DNA of 64,000 nucleotides. It comes from Octopus sinensis. Lineage: Eukaryota. The position numbers and the translations under genes were made by a program. The stretch is from assembly GCF_006345805.1 (NCBI RefSeq), contig NC_042997.1, positions 868,001 to 932,000 on the forward strand. Reading direction: 5' to 3'. The notes under the pieces were generated by a model. It worked only from the letters and a program-made list of their open reading frames with translations. It did no database searches and was not told where the DNA came from. Shown piece after piece: positions 52,440 through 64,000 of this stretch (position 1 is its first letter; each line of letters starts with the position of its first letter).

Positions 52440-53600
52440 ATGGATAATATCATGCTGAGAATGTCCCTTTATTTTGCGTAGCGTTGTGAGTCCTGGTATG
52501 TTTGCTATGTTTTTGCTTGTATATTTATTACACCTAATACTCCAGTTATTATGACAACATATGCAATTTCATATTTCACATCTCGGATATTTCGTTCAAT
52601 TTCAAGACTGTTGTATTTTGGCAGTTTTCCACCTCCCTTTCGGAAATATTTTGATTGATTAGAATGTATCACTATACCTATCAGGGTACATGCGATTTTT
52701 CTAGTGCCTGGTTATAATGCCCGGACGCTTGCATTTGATCTCTCTGAGTTTAGCCATAATATTCCAGATGATTCTGTTCAGGACATTGTAATGTGTATAA
52801 TTTGGTACATATTTATATATTATATCTGTTTTTAATATCGAAATGTTGGTATGCTGCCTAGTAGGTCTAGATTCTTACTAGATCATATGTTTGGTTAGAT
52901 GGAGATGAAGCGCTTAAACTATCTCATTGACTGGGTTACACATCTGCACATCATATTAAGATACGTAATGAATGTATTAGATCTTCAGTTTCTGCTTTTA
53001 TTCCGGGGCTCTTGAGTCATTGTTAGCTTTAACTTTAGCATACATCTTCTCTGCTGAGTTTCGCTGGATTGTCTGTGGAATGTTTTTTCTTTTGTATGAT
53101 TCGTAATTCAGTTTGCAGGTCTTTTGTCTCTTTAACTAGCTTTGCTGCGTTGTTATCTAAATTTAATATTTCAACATAGATTGTTTCTGATTTTTATGTT
53201 ATCGCTTCCTTGCATATAGAGAAAATATTTTTGGTCGCATTTTTTTACCAAGTTTCTTTGCTACATTTGTCAGACTTCCAATCTTTTTGGTACTTTTTCT
53301 AATTATTTTTCCAGTTCGATTGTCGTCACTTTACAGAAGATTTCTATTTATGTAATGTCATAACTTCCTTGTTTGCAGGATCGGTATATTCTGTTTATGA
53401 CTGGTTTGGGGTATTGGCTTCAGTAAGTTCTTGCTTATTTTCTGTGTAAATTTTCCAGTTGAGATAATCTCAGTTTTATTATTGTGAAACTATAACTTGT
53501 ATTAGTACAGCTAGCGTACTTATACCTATTTTCTTATTCCTAGCATTGAATTTAATTTTAAATAATCTAACTTTTCTACAATATAACCTCCTTTCTATCT
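52440..53600 (-). mobile_element. Heavily decayed R4/Dong LINE 3' fragment
   Basis: NISERE.E..KYNSLEIERNIRDVKYEIAYVVIITGVLGVI and CKVTTIELEK*LEK. Confidence 0.6.
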
Positions 53601-53713
53601 TCATGTATTTTATCTTGGTTGCTTATTTTATTGCGATGAATTTTGTTTGAAGGATTGTGGTCAAATTCTATGTGAAGTAGAATATTCTTAACGTTGTTTC
53701 ATTTCCCTCTTAA

Positions 53714-54379
53714 CCCATTAATGCCCAGCGTATGATTTATCATACGATTTTGAGTTTCAGACGAAAATATTCATATAAAATAACTTCAGAAATTTAGGCC
53801 CAAAAAACCTTTCTGAAAATAAAGAATATTAATCTTTCTAACAATATTTAGCATCAAAGCCATAGTTTGATCATTTATACATTGTGCTACTCTCATTACA
53901 TTCAGTGGCAAATTTTGAAGTAAGGAAGAAGTGCTACCCGTGTCGAGTGCTTTTTTATTTGTATGCTTTAAATATTTCCTAATATTTTATTTTGCTTTGG
54001 GATTTTTTGTTAAGCTTACATTACTTTTACAAACCAAGCGTGTCTTAGTAATCTACGTAAATAAAGTTTCGATTTAGTGACATTTGGTTTAGGGTTAGGG
54101 TGCGTATATATACGTATGATAAAATATACGCTGGGAATTCGTTGTAGATTTAATTCAAAATGACGTTTTTCAAGTTTGGTCATACAATCGTTAATTCTGT
54201 TAATAATAAAACAAAATACTTTAAAACAATTGTAAATTAAAATATTTTGATCTTGAATCTTAAATTTTCTATATCTATCATTTATTTTCTTCATAAAATG
54301 CAGCCTATATACTAGCAAACTAATGTGTCCATAAGGGCAAGTGGAATATATATATATACATACATACACAGACACACAC

Positions 54380-54428
<49 letters not shown>

Positions 54429-56151
54429 TCTTTCTTTTAGCACTCCGTCGGTTACGACGATGAGGGTTCCGGTTGATCCGAATCAACGGAACAGCCTGCT
54501 CGTGAAATTAACGTGTAAAAGTGGCTGAACACTCCACAGACACGTGTACTCTTAACGTAGTTCTCGGGGATATTCAGCGTGACACAGAGAGTGACAAGGC
54601 CAGCCCTTTGAAATATAGGTACAACAGAAACAGGAAGTAAGAGTGAGAGAAAGTTGTGGTGAAAGAGTACAGCAGGGATCACCACCATCCCCTGCCGGAG
54701 CCTCGTGGAGCTTTAGGTGTTTTCGCTCAATAAACACTCACAACGCCCGGTCTGGGAATCGAAACCGCGATCCTATGACAGCGACTCCGCTGCCCTAACC
54801 ACTGGGCCATTGCGCCTCCACATATATATGTATATATGTATATATATATACATAAGTCCTATTTCTAGATCGTAAAATATGTCTATGATAAAACTTGATG
54901 GTAAAAGAGACACGGATGAAATCCTAAATATAATAGAATTTGGTGCCGATACTGAACATTCTATTGAGGAAATTGATAATGCTTATAAGCTTCAACCGGT
55001 ATTTCATCCATGAAATGGTGGCGACGATTCCGATAAAGATGATGATGCAAGTGACTGCGAAGAATCTTCAGGCAATTGCAGGTAAAACAGTTGGTCCTTC
55101 AGTCACCATAAAATTGTTTAAAATTTGTACCAGTAAGATCATGCATTTATATGGACAATTATTTCACTTCCACCTTTGATGGATGCCTTATTAAACAATG
55201 GTCTCTTTTGTGTTGAGACTATTCGAAAATGATAGAACAGAAAAGTCACCGCTACAGGGTATAAGCAAAGCTGTGCATGGCACTTTCTGTGCAGCTGAGG
55301 ATAAGGAAAATGGCAATACTCTACTAAGATGGCATGATAATAACCAAGTAAATCTTGTAGCCAATTTCGAAGATGAGAAGGTTTTTGATGTTGGTAGCTG
55401 TAACCGATAGAAAAGAATTTGAGAGAAATAGAGTATATGTACCTTAACCAAATATTGTGAAGCTATATAACAAGCAATTGGAAGGTGTCGATCTATTTGA
55501 CAAATTCAGTGGCCATTATTGAATTAGAATATGACTAAGAAAATGATATTGGTATTTGTTTACATTTTACCTCAATGGAAGCATCGTAAATTTATTGATT
55601 CTTTTCCGCTACATTCAGAGGAATATTTCTTGACTGGAATTTACAAGGTAAATAGTTACTGTATTGCTTGCTGCACCAGATTTTGAAAAGAAAAGAGTGG
55701 TACATCCTAAAACAAAGAAGTAAGTTCCGCAATTGGCACAATTCAATAACAGAAACCACCTTGTCAACAAACTTGAAACTCAAAGGCGATGCGCAGCTTC
55801 TGGAAAATGTACAACACTTGTTTGCATCAAATGCAATGTAGGCTTACATACAAACACATGCTTTCTTCATTTTCATCAATAAATGGTATTCCTCTTAGAA
55901 ATATTATATTTATGTGTTTTTAGAAATTTTTCGTAAAACAAATAAATGAGATTAAAAAATTTTCTTCATCCTTATTTCAAAATTTTAACCTTAAATATCC
56001 AGCATATGATATATCATGGTGATCTAAACATCAATTTATTATTATAATATTCACAAAATTTTTTTGTGAACTTCTAAAATACATAAAATCATATAACGTA
56101 TATGAATTTAACAAAAAAGTCAAAAATTTTTATATTTCGGGCATTAATGGA
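53714..56151 (+). mobile_element. piggyBac transposon, TIR-bounded with TTAA TSD; internally deleted, pseudogenised transposase (about 54900-55880)
   Basis: TTAA|CCCATTAATGCCC...GGGCATTAATGGA|TTAA; MDNYFTS, LRWHDNNQV, YNKQLEGVDLFD, YWYLF, C-terminal QRRCA..CIKCNVGLH..CFLHFH. Confidence 0.92.
54440..54820 (-). mobile_element. SINE family C, full length, nested in the piggyBac
   Basis: Reverse complement of 34753-35130 with few substitutions. Confidence 0.93.
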
Positions 56152-56471
56152 TTAAAGTCGATTGGCATTATCGTCTCATCCCACATTCACCTGAAAATTG
56201 CTGTTTTGGGGCACAAATTAGAAACGATGTTTCCAATAATTCAGATATATCTTTGCTGAAGCAGAATAGAAATTTTGGGAATTTAAAAAAAAATGTACTC
56301 TACAGTATTTATTCCGACACATTACAGTTTGAGTTCAAAATCTGCTTCGGCCAGTCTAATTTGTGATTCACATTTTCGGTTCGATAAAACAATTCCAGTC
56401 AAACGCCGAAGTCGAAGTTAATGAGGAAATCTTCACCTCAAAGTTGATGTCCTTGTTCTGAGATTAGAAAC

Positions 56472-56660
56472 TCTTCTTCTTCTTCTTCTTCTTCTTCTTC
56501 TTCTTCTTCTTCTTCTTCTTCTTCTTCTTCTTCTTCTTCTTCTTCTTCTTCTTCTTCTTCTTCTTCTTCTTCTTCTTCTCTTCTTCTTCTTCTTCTTCTT
56601 CTTCTTCTTCTTCTTCCTTCTTCTTCTTCTTCTTCTTCTTCTTCTCCTCTTCTTCTTCTG
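56472..56660. repeat. (TTC/GAA)n microsatellite
   Basis: About 60 units; others at 46565-46650 and 48920-49030. Confidence 0.97.
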
Positions 56661-56720
56661 TTTGTTATTATAATTGTATGTTTATGTGTGTGTGTGTATG
56701 TGTGTGTGTGTGTGGTGAGT

Positions 56721-56872
56721 AAGTCGATTACATTGATTGCAGTGTTCAATTGGTACTTATTTCATCTACTCTGAAAGGATGAAAGGCCAAGTCAACCTCG
56801 GCGGAATTTAAACTCAGAATGTAAAAACGGACGAAATGATGCTAAGTATTTTGTCTGGCGTGCTAACGATTC
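56721..56872 (-). mobile_element. SINE family B
   Basis: GGATGAAAGGCCAAGTCAACCTCGGCGGAATTTAAACTCAGAA..GCGTGCTAACGATTC. Confidence 0.85.
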
Positions 56873-58056
56873 TTATCAATTAATCTTTGTCAACGCTGTT
56901 AACGCCACAGTCAACGCTACAAATTTTGTACCAAAAGATTAGACACAATTGTTTTAAGAGTTGCAAATGTAAGATATTAAATATGATGAAACATGAAGTT
57001 TGTATAAAGAGTAAAGCTATATTACTTTGTTCTATAAATGTGAATATTAAGTTAGTCGAACAGAAAGAACAGTTACTATTCAGTTGTAAGTTTATGGAGA
57101 TATCATATTCTATCTTGACCCAGTATTTACCGTATATCTAATCCTCCTTTCTCGCACATACGTTTGTCTTGGTGTCTGTCACATCCAAACCCCATTCTAG
57201 TCTCTTATGTTTTCCCTTTTCTCCTTTACCTCTTTTCAATTACCTTTCCATTTTCTCCCTCTCTAATCCGTTCCTTTCTTTTCATTTCCGTTTCTTTGAT
57301 TCTTTTAAGTTTCTTCTCTTTACCATCCTCTTCTCTTGAATCCACTAAATAAGTTCCTAGCTATTGAATTCCATCGTATTCAAAATGGTGATTTGTCTTT
57401 GGTTTGCTTAAATGCCAGAGAAAAAGGAATAAATTCTATTCAAATAGACCTCTGATGACCATAAAGTAATATGCAAATTGTTGAAGTTACAAACACTGCT
57501 GAGCGATTAAATATTTAAATAATATACGATAACCTAGAATTGCGTAAAGAGTGCGTTTGTAAATATTATTTCAAACCGTGGACATTAACAAGTCGGACGC
57601 GCAGAAAAAACAATGAATGAAAAGAAATCAGATCTGTTAAATGACTCTGTTCGGATTCTCATTACTTGCTAAGTTCTTTCGATGATGACTGGCTTCTTGT
57701 TAAATATCAATTTCGGACCATTAAAGAAGAGATAAAAAGTAAAAAAAAAAATTACAGGAAATAAAAGAAACAAGAAAAAGAAATGAAATGCAGGAACGCT
57801 CCTGTTTTGCTAAAGCGTAAAAAAATACAGATAAAAGTAAATTCCAAACAGGCGTTGCTGTTTCCTTGAGAAGTCTATCTACCAAAAATAGACAACTTTA
57901 AATATGTATGCATACATATACGCCCAGTACAACTCACAAAGACATATATACAACTGTATAACGAATATGTATTATTGGATAGTGAGGTGCATTTGAACAA
58001 ATAAGCGAATAAAAGGAAGCAGGATAGATGATATGATAGCGGAATGAAAACAGAAG

Positions 58057-58090
<34 letters not shown>

Positions 58091-58522
58091 CAACGGGAGA
58101 TACACTAAGCAAGGAAGAGGGAAAATCAAACAAGATTAAATATAATGATGAAGAAAATATAGATAAATATACTGATAGGTAGAGAGAGATAAATAGAAAA
58201 ACATATATATACGTATATATGTGTGTATGTTCGCGTGCGCGTATTTGTTTGTGAGCTGTTGTGCACGTGTGTGCGTGTGTGTTGTGTGTGCACGAGTGTG
58301 TATTCGTGTGGATGTATGTATATATAAGCACTCTCTTAATCTTTTCCCCTTTTTCTCTTAGAAACACGCATATAAGAGAATAAATGAGAATTAGGATATG
58401 AATGGAGCTAAAAAAGAAATATGAACGTCATCGAGACATAGCGTGAGAAAAAGGGCGAATGCAAGTAATCAAATAATCAATAGATAATGATAGGTGTTGA
58501 ATGAGTGAGGGAAAAAGAGAGG

Positions 58523-58565
<43 letters not shown>

Positions 58566-59048
58566 AGAAAAAGAGTGTGCTGGATAGGCGGATAAGAGAA
58601 TAAGGTATCAAAGGAAGGTAAGTGTGAAAGAAACGGATAAAATAATCCCAAAAGTATATGGAAACAAATTGAAAATACCCACAAAATAAATGAAAAGAAA
58701 GACCAGAGAAAATGGGAAGTGGCACAGGTGATAGAAATAGAGTAAAAGTGAGTGAGATAAGAAGATAGAGAGGGTAAATGAGAGGGGAAAGAACAGCGAA
58801 ATGAAAATACTAATTGGTATAGAGAGGCGAAGAAAGAGTTGGAATAATATACAGATGTGTTTCAGAGTGCTTACTAAAAAGGGGGGAAAAACTAAGATGG
58901 AATATCGTGGAGACCAATAATGGGATAACGCAGTAAAATAACAGGGCGGACTAATTCAGTCAACATGCATTTATAGACATCAACATAGATACACTCGCAC
59001 AAGCACAAACGCGAATGATGGTATATATATATTTATAAGTATGTATGC

Positions 59049-59080
<32 letters not shown>

Positions 59081-59094
59081 ATGTATCTATGTAT

Positions 59095-59144
<50 letters not shown>

Positions 59145-59453
59145 TATACATAGGCGAAGGATTTTCATGTATATGCACGAACATATATTCATATGTATAT
59201 ATATATGTATATGAGTACACAGGGAAGGAAATAGAGAGCGTACGATGTACAGTATAAAAGATACTTGTAGTTCAAACTGTTTGAATATTTACGCTAATAT
59301 ATTTTACTACACATATACATGCATTTATGCATACTCAGATGAATTCTGATGGATATACTTAATATATCAATAAATATACTGAGATATATGTTCCCACAAT
59401 TACTATATATGCACACATATATAATACATACACATGTATGTGTGTGTATATAT

Positions 59454-59487
<34 letters not shown>

Positions 59488-59756
59488 GTATGTATAACTA
59501 GATAGATATACAGATAGATAAATAGATAGATTGATGTCTTATAAAAGTCTGCTTTTCACTTGTAATGCAGAAAATGACCTCCACACAGAAACTCACTGAA
59601 TCACATAGTATTTTATCCAAGCACACACTTACATACTTATATTCACACTTAGACATACACACAATCACACATACACATATATACTCCTCAAATTTTACAC
59701 GTATGTATGTATCTGTCTGTTTGTCTGTCTATCTATCTATCTATCCATCTATCTAC

Positions 59757-59788
<32 letters not shown>

Positions 59789-60740
59789 TTTTGTATGTAT
59801 GTATGCAACTATCTAGGTATGTGCGTATGTATATACAAAAACAATCATACACATATACATATGTACAAGGAAATTAATATATAAAACGTACGTACACATA
59901 TTACGTGTATGTAAGTCAATTTGCCAGCAGCTCTTTTGTTCTGTCGCTCGATATCACTATGAGAGAACTCCCTCAGCTCTAACTACAATATAGTTATCAC
60001 CCTTATTTCTCCCTAATCTGATTATGAAGGACTCACTAGGTGTCGGCCTATACATTTTTGATACAACCTCTTCGAACGTTAAACAGTATTAGCATGAAAA
60101 CGAAAGTTTTGGTGAGATACTGATCAATAATCTTTCTAAAAAGTAGTCACACTGAAAATGTCCTCCACTACAGATCGCTTCTCGTAATTATATTTGTTGA
60201 AGCTAGCCACACACACACACACGCACGCACACACACACATATATATACGTATATTTTCCCGTTGCACATACATCTATTTTTTATTCCTATCTCCCAGAAT
60301 TTATTCCAAACATACACACGCACACACTCCCCTGATAACTCACTCTGACACTCTCTGCCTGTCACTCTGGCTGATGTCAAATTATTTTTTTACTTATGTT
60401 ATTTTTCGATTATTATTTTGTTTCATTTGTTCTAAATTTTACCATTTATTTATTGTTGTCATCCTTATACTAATGAACACATGAGATAGCCATTTAGTAT
60501 TTCTCTCCTCTATTCCATCTTTCTGTCTCATTTTCCTTATCAATATTTCACTGAGTTATCTCCCCACTCTTATTTCATTTTTCGAACTATGTATTTTCCT
60601 TCCTTTCTTCCTTCTTTCCTTCGTTTCTTTGCCTTTTTCTTTCTTTCTTTCTTTCTTTCTATTTTCCCAGAATTTTTCTGTTTCATTTCCAACATATTCA
60701 CCAGAATAGATATTTTCTTTCACTCTCATTTATGTGTGCA

Positions 60741-60831
<91 letters not shown>

Positions 60832-60945
60832 TTATCTATATATACGTATGTATAAATATGTGGGCGTGTGTTTACATGTGTGTGTGAGTACATGTGTATA
60901 TATACATACACACACACACAAACAAACACACACATATATATATAC

Positions 60946-61306
60946 TTTTATTTGTTTCACTCATTTGACAGCAGCCACGCTGCAGCACCGCCTTAAGTTG
61001 AGCAAATCGACCCCAGGACTTATTCTTTGTCAGCTTATCTGTCTCTTTTGCCGAACCGCTAGACTACAAGGACGTAAACATAACAAAAGCGGTTGCCCAG
61101 CGATGATGTGGGGACAAACATAGACACACAAACATAGACACAGACACAGACATCAGCATACGAACACACACGCACACATGTTCGACGGGAGTCTTTCAGT
61201 TTCCGTCTGCGAAATCCACTCACAAAAGTTTGGACGGCTAGTCGCTATACTAGACGAATCATGTGGCTGGTACGGAAGCTACTTAACGCTCAGCGACACC
61301 TGCGCC
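60946..61306 (-). mobile_element. SINE family A, near full length, B-box region deleted
   Basis: Head GGCGCAGGTGTCGCTGAGCG..AGCTTCCGTACCAGCCACATG, body and tail match 8153-8595. Confidence 0.85.
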
Positions 61307-61443
61307 AATATATGTATATATATAATTAAAAAAAACAGAGAAAAAGACAAGAAACAACGTGAGGAGGCAACACATGTAAAGCATTAATATATATATATAT
61401 ATATATATATACACGAGAAAAAAGCAACAAGAATGGATAGGTT

Positions 61444-61531
61444 TTTAGTACAATCGTTTCATACAAGGACAGGCTTTATTAAAAGTTGCAAAAATTGCAG
61501 CATATAAACGTGTCCCGTACTCATCAGTAAA
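61444..61531 (-). ncRNA. Type I HHR-like motif with extended stem II
   Basis: UUUA-CUGAUGA-GUACGGGACA(long loop)UGUCCUUGUAU-GAAAC(GAUU)GUA-C-UAAA; core intact, one extra nucleotide before stem I. Confidence 0.62.
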
Positions 61532-61670
61532 TTCATTTAAATTAACTTGAATCTTTATTGCTTTTTGTATTATATATTATAATATATATTATGCAGAGAG
61601 AGGGTGAGAGAGAGAGAGAGAGAAATGAAAGAGAGCGATATATATATGTTATATATATATATATAATAAT

Positions 61671-61705
<35 letters not shown>

Positions 61706-62176
61706 GGTTATACACTTGAGGGGCTGCTAAATGATGCTAGAATTCTGCCGCAGGGACGTTTCTTTTCTTTCTTTCTTCTCTTCTTTCTCTCTCAGAAAGG
61801 AAAGAACAAAAAAAAACACAACACTAAATATAAACGACTATTGCCAAATCTGGAGAGAGACGGTCTCCGACAAATCAAATATATCCAGCACATGCCTGAA
61901 AACAATATGGTGCTCATCCACTCCATAACGGAATTCGGGTCTCAGCGTAAATATATTTACATATATTAAACATTAAGAATGGAAAGAACTGCTCAACCCA
62001 TTTTATTGCATAATTTTACAACTGTTTGGTCGACACTTTATCATAAGTTTATTGCTCGAAAAGCGTCATATGGCATGATAAATGATGCATGCGATTAGCA
62101 TTACGCCAGTAGTACTGGGATATATTTACTACTCTGCGGATACATACATACATACATACATATATTATCTATATAT

Positions 62177-62226
<50 letters not shown>

Positions 62227-62506
62227 TTAGCATTAAGGACAACTACTTAATAGGAAAACTTAACAAGAAATTGTCAGGTAGATAGCGTGAAAACCTCATA
62301 AGAGAAAAAATTTCGAAAATATTATTTCTTATTGAACATATTAATTTATATATAGAGGGCATTATACATACATGCCAGAGGGCATTATACTACATGCCAG
62401 AGTGCATTATACATACATCCCCACGCTAGAGGGCAATTAGTCATTTCTACCAAAATATTACTAATCCCACCGATGCAATTTTTCAAGTAAGACATTTAAA
62501 AAATAT

Positions 62507-62553
62507 AGACATGTATCACAGTGATTTCATACTTACGTATTCATCAGCAGGCT
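62507..62553 (-). ncRNA. Type I hammerhead ribozyme (array copy 1)
   Basis: AGCCUG-CUGAUGA-AUAC(GUAA)GUAU-GAAAUCAC(U)GUGAU-A-CAUGUCU; one stem I mismatch. Confidence 0.85.
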
Positions 62554-63150
62554 GAATGTATCATAAATAAACGACCCTGCCCCGTTAAGCCGATCAGCTA
62601 CTGATCACATCAACGAAGCACATGGGTGAGTTTACATATATTACATCCTGTAAATGCATACTTTTACGAATTGCATTTCGGGAAAGGAAAAGTTTTTTCG
62701 GAATAAAAAATTTAGCAATTAAGGACAACTACTTATAAGGAAAACTTAACAAGAAATTGTCAGGTAGATAGCGTGAAAACCTCATAAGAGAAAAAATTTC
62801 GAAAATAATTATTTCTTATTGAACATATTAATTTATATATAGAGGGCATTATACATACATGCCAGAGGGCATTGTACATACATGCCACACGCTAAGACGG
62901 ACAATTAGTCATTTCTACCAAAAATATTACTAATCCCACCGAATGCAATTTTTCAAAGTAAGACATTTAAAAAATATAGAACTGTATCACAGTGATTTCA
63001 TACTTATGCAAATGCAATTCGTAATGCAATTCGTAAAAGTATGCCATTTACAGGATGTAATATATGTAAACTCACCCATGTGCTTCGTTGATGTTGATCA
63101 GTTAGCTGATCGGCTTAAGCGGGACAGGGTCATTTATTTATGATACATTC

Positions 63151-63198
63151 AGGCCTGCTGATGAATACGTAAGTATGAAATCACTGTGATACAGGTCT
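63151..63198 (+). ncRNA. Type I hammerhead ribozyme (array copy 3), core intact
   Basis: AGGCCUG-CUGAUGA-AUAC(GUAA)GUAU-GAAAUCAC(U)GUGAU-A-CAGGUCU: 7 bp stem I, GNRA-capped stem II, 5 bp stem III, AUA triplet, predicted cleavage after 63191. Confidence 0.92.
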
Positions 63199-63619
63199 AT
63201 ATTTTTTAAATGTCTTACTTTGAAAAATTGCATTCGTGGGATTAGTAATATTTTTGGTAGAAATGACTAATTGTCCTCTTAGCGTGTGGCATGTATGTAT
63301 AATGCCCTCTGGCATGTATGTATAATGCCCTCTATATATAAATTAATATGTCAATAAGAAATATTATTTTCGAAATTTTTTCTCTTATGAGGTTTTCACC
63401 TATCTACCTGACAATTTCTTGTTAAGTTTTCCTTATTAAGTAGTTGGTCCTTAATTGCTAAATTTTTATTCCGAAAAAACTTTTCCTTTCCCGAAATCAA
63501 TTCGTAAAAGTATGCCATTTACAGGAGGTATATATGTAAACTCACCCATGTGCTTCGTTGATGTTGATCAGTTAGCTGATCGGCTTAAGCGGGCAGGGTC
63601 GTTTATTTATGATACATTC

Positions 63620-63667
63620 AGGCCTGCTGATGAATACTTAAGTATGAAATCACTGTGATACAGGTCT
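63620..63667 (+). ncRNA. Type I hammerhead ribozyme (array copy 4)
   Basis: As copy 3 but with loop II UUAA; predicted cleavage after 63660. Confidence 0.9.
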
Positions 63668-63827
63668 ATATTTTTTAAATGTCTTACTTTGAAAAATTGC
63701 ATTCGGTGGGATTAGTATATTTTTGGTAGAAATGACTAATTGTCCTCTTAGCGTGTGGCATGTATGTATAATGCCCTCTGGAATGTATGTAAATGCCCTC
63801 TATATATAAATATATATATATATATAT

Positions 63828-64000
63828 CCGTAATAATGAAGGGTGAAATTAATTATTGGAAAATTATCAATTACACCAAGTAGTCTTCGGCATGTAAAAG
63901 CCTCATTCGAGGAAAATTTAAGTATTACTAAGCAATAAAGGTTTAGAACGAGTTGCCTTACACATACCGAATTTAGAAATAGCAGTCAAAGGGTTATAGC
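63828..64000 (-). mobile_element. Diverged relative of the 234 bp repeat of the 16403 element (runs off the window)
   Basis: GAAGGGTGAAATTAATT..ATCAATTACACCAAGT..CATACCGAATTTAGAAATAGCAG aligns with 16415-16562. Confidence 0.7.

Larger units (their letters stand above)
62226..63810. mobile_element. Retrozyme-like array: about 1.6 tandem ~470-485 bp units (62226-63007) joined to about 1.6 inverted units (63020-63810), flanked by (TA)n
   Basis: Unit starts TTTAGCA(A)TTAAGGAC at 62226 and 62711; reverse units follow; each complete unit carries an HHR; no recognisable ORF. Confidence 0.85.

Noticed and set aside
63455-63658. GIY in the ORF (FTGGIYVN) as a GIY-YIG endonuclease
   Set aside because: Arises from indel variants in one copy of the non-coding unit; no YIG or other conserved residues, and the other copies read differently

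Overview
Eukaryotic, AT-rich, microsatellite-saturated DNA [(TA)n, (CA)n, (TACA)n, (TATC)n, (TAA)n, (GAA)n]. The tRNA-derived SINE families and simple-repeat load look like an Octopus (cephalopod) genome; this is inferred from recognition, not from a database search. No intact protein-coding gene is evident, and most listed ORFs are translated microsatellites. The window is a graveyard of mobile elements: several Penelope-like element (PLE) fragments, R4/Dong-clade LINEs nested in (TAA)n, CRE, CR1 and RTE LINE fragments, two mariners, a Tigger/pogo, a TIR-bounded piggyBac, a Ginger1-like transposon (Gypsy-type integrase plus OTU), a MITE with telomeric repeats, and three SINE families. The most striking signal is about ten type I hammerhead ribozyme (HHR) motifs. 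These include a non-coding ~470-485 bp tandem and inverted array with three core-intact HHRs (62226-63810) and a 560 bp-period partial-tandem plus fold-back element with an HHR (16403-17292). Both look like (TA)n-embedded retrozyme-like, non-autonomous PLE derivatives. A few weak plus-strand exon candidates hint that all this may lie in introns of a host gene.
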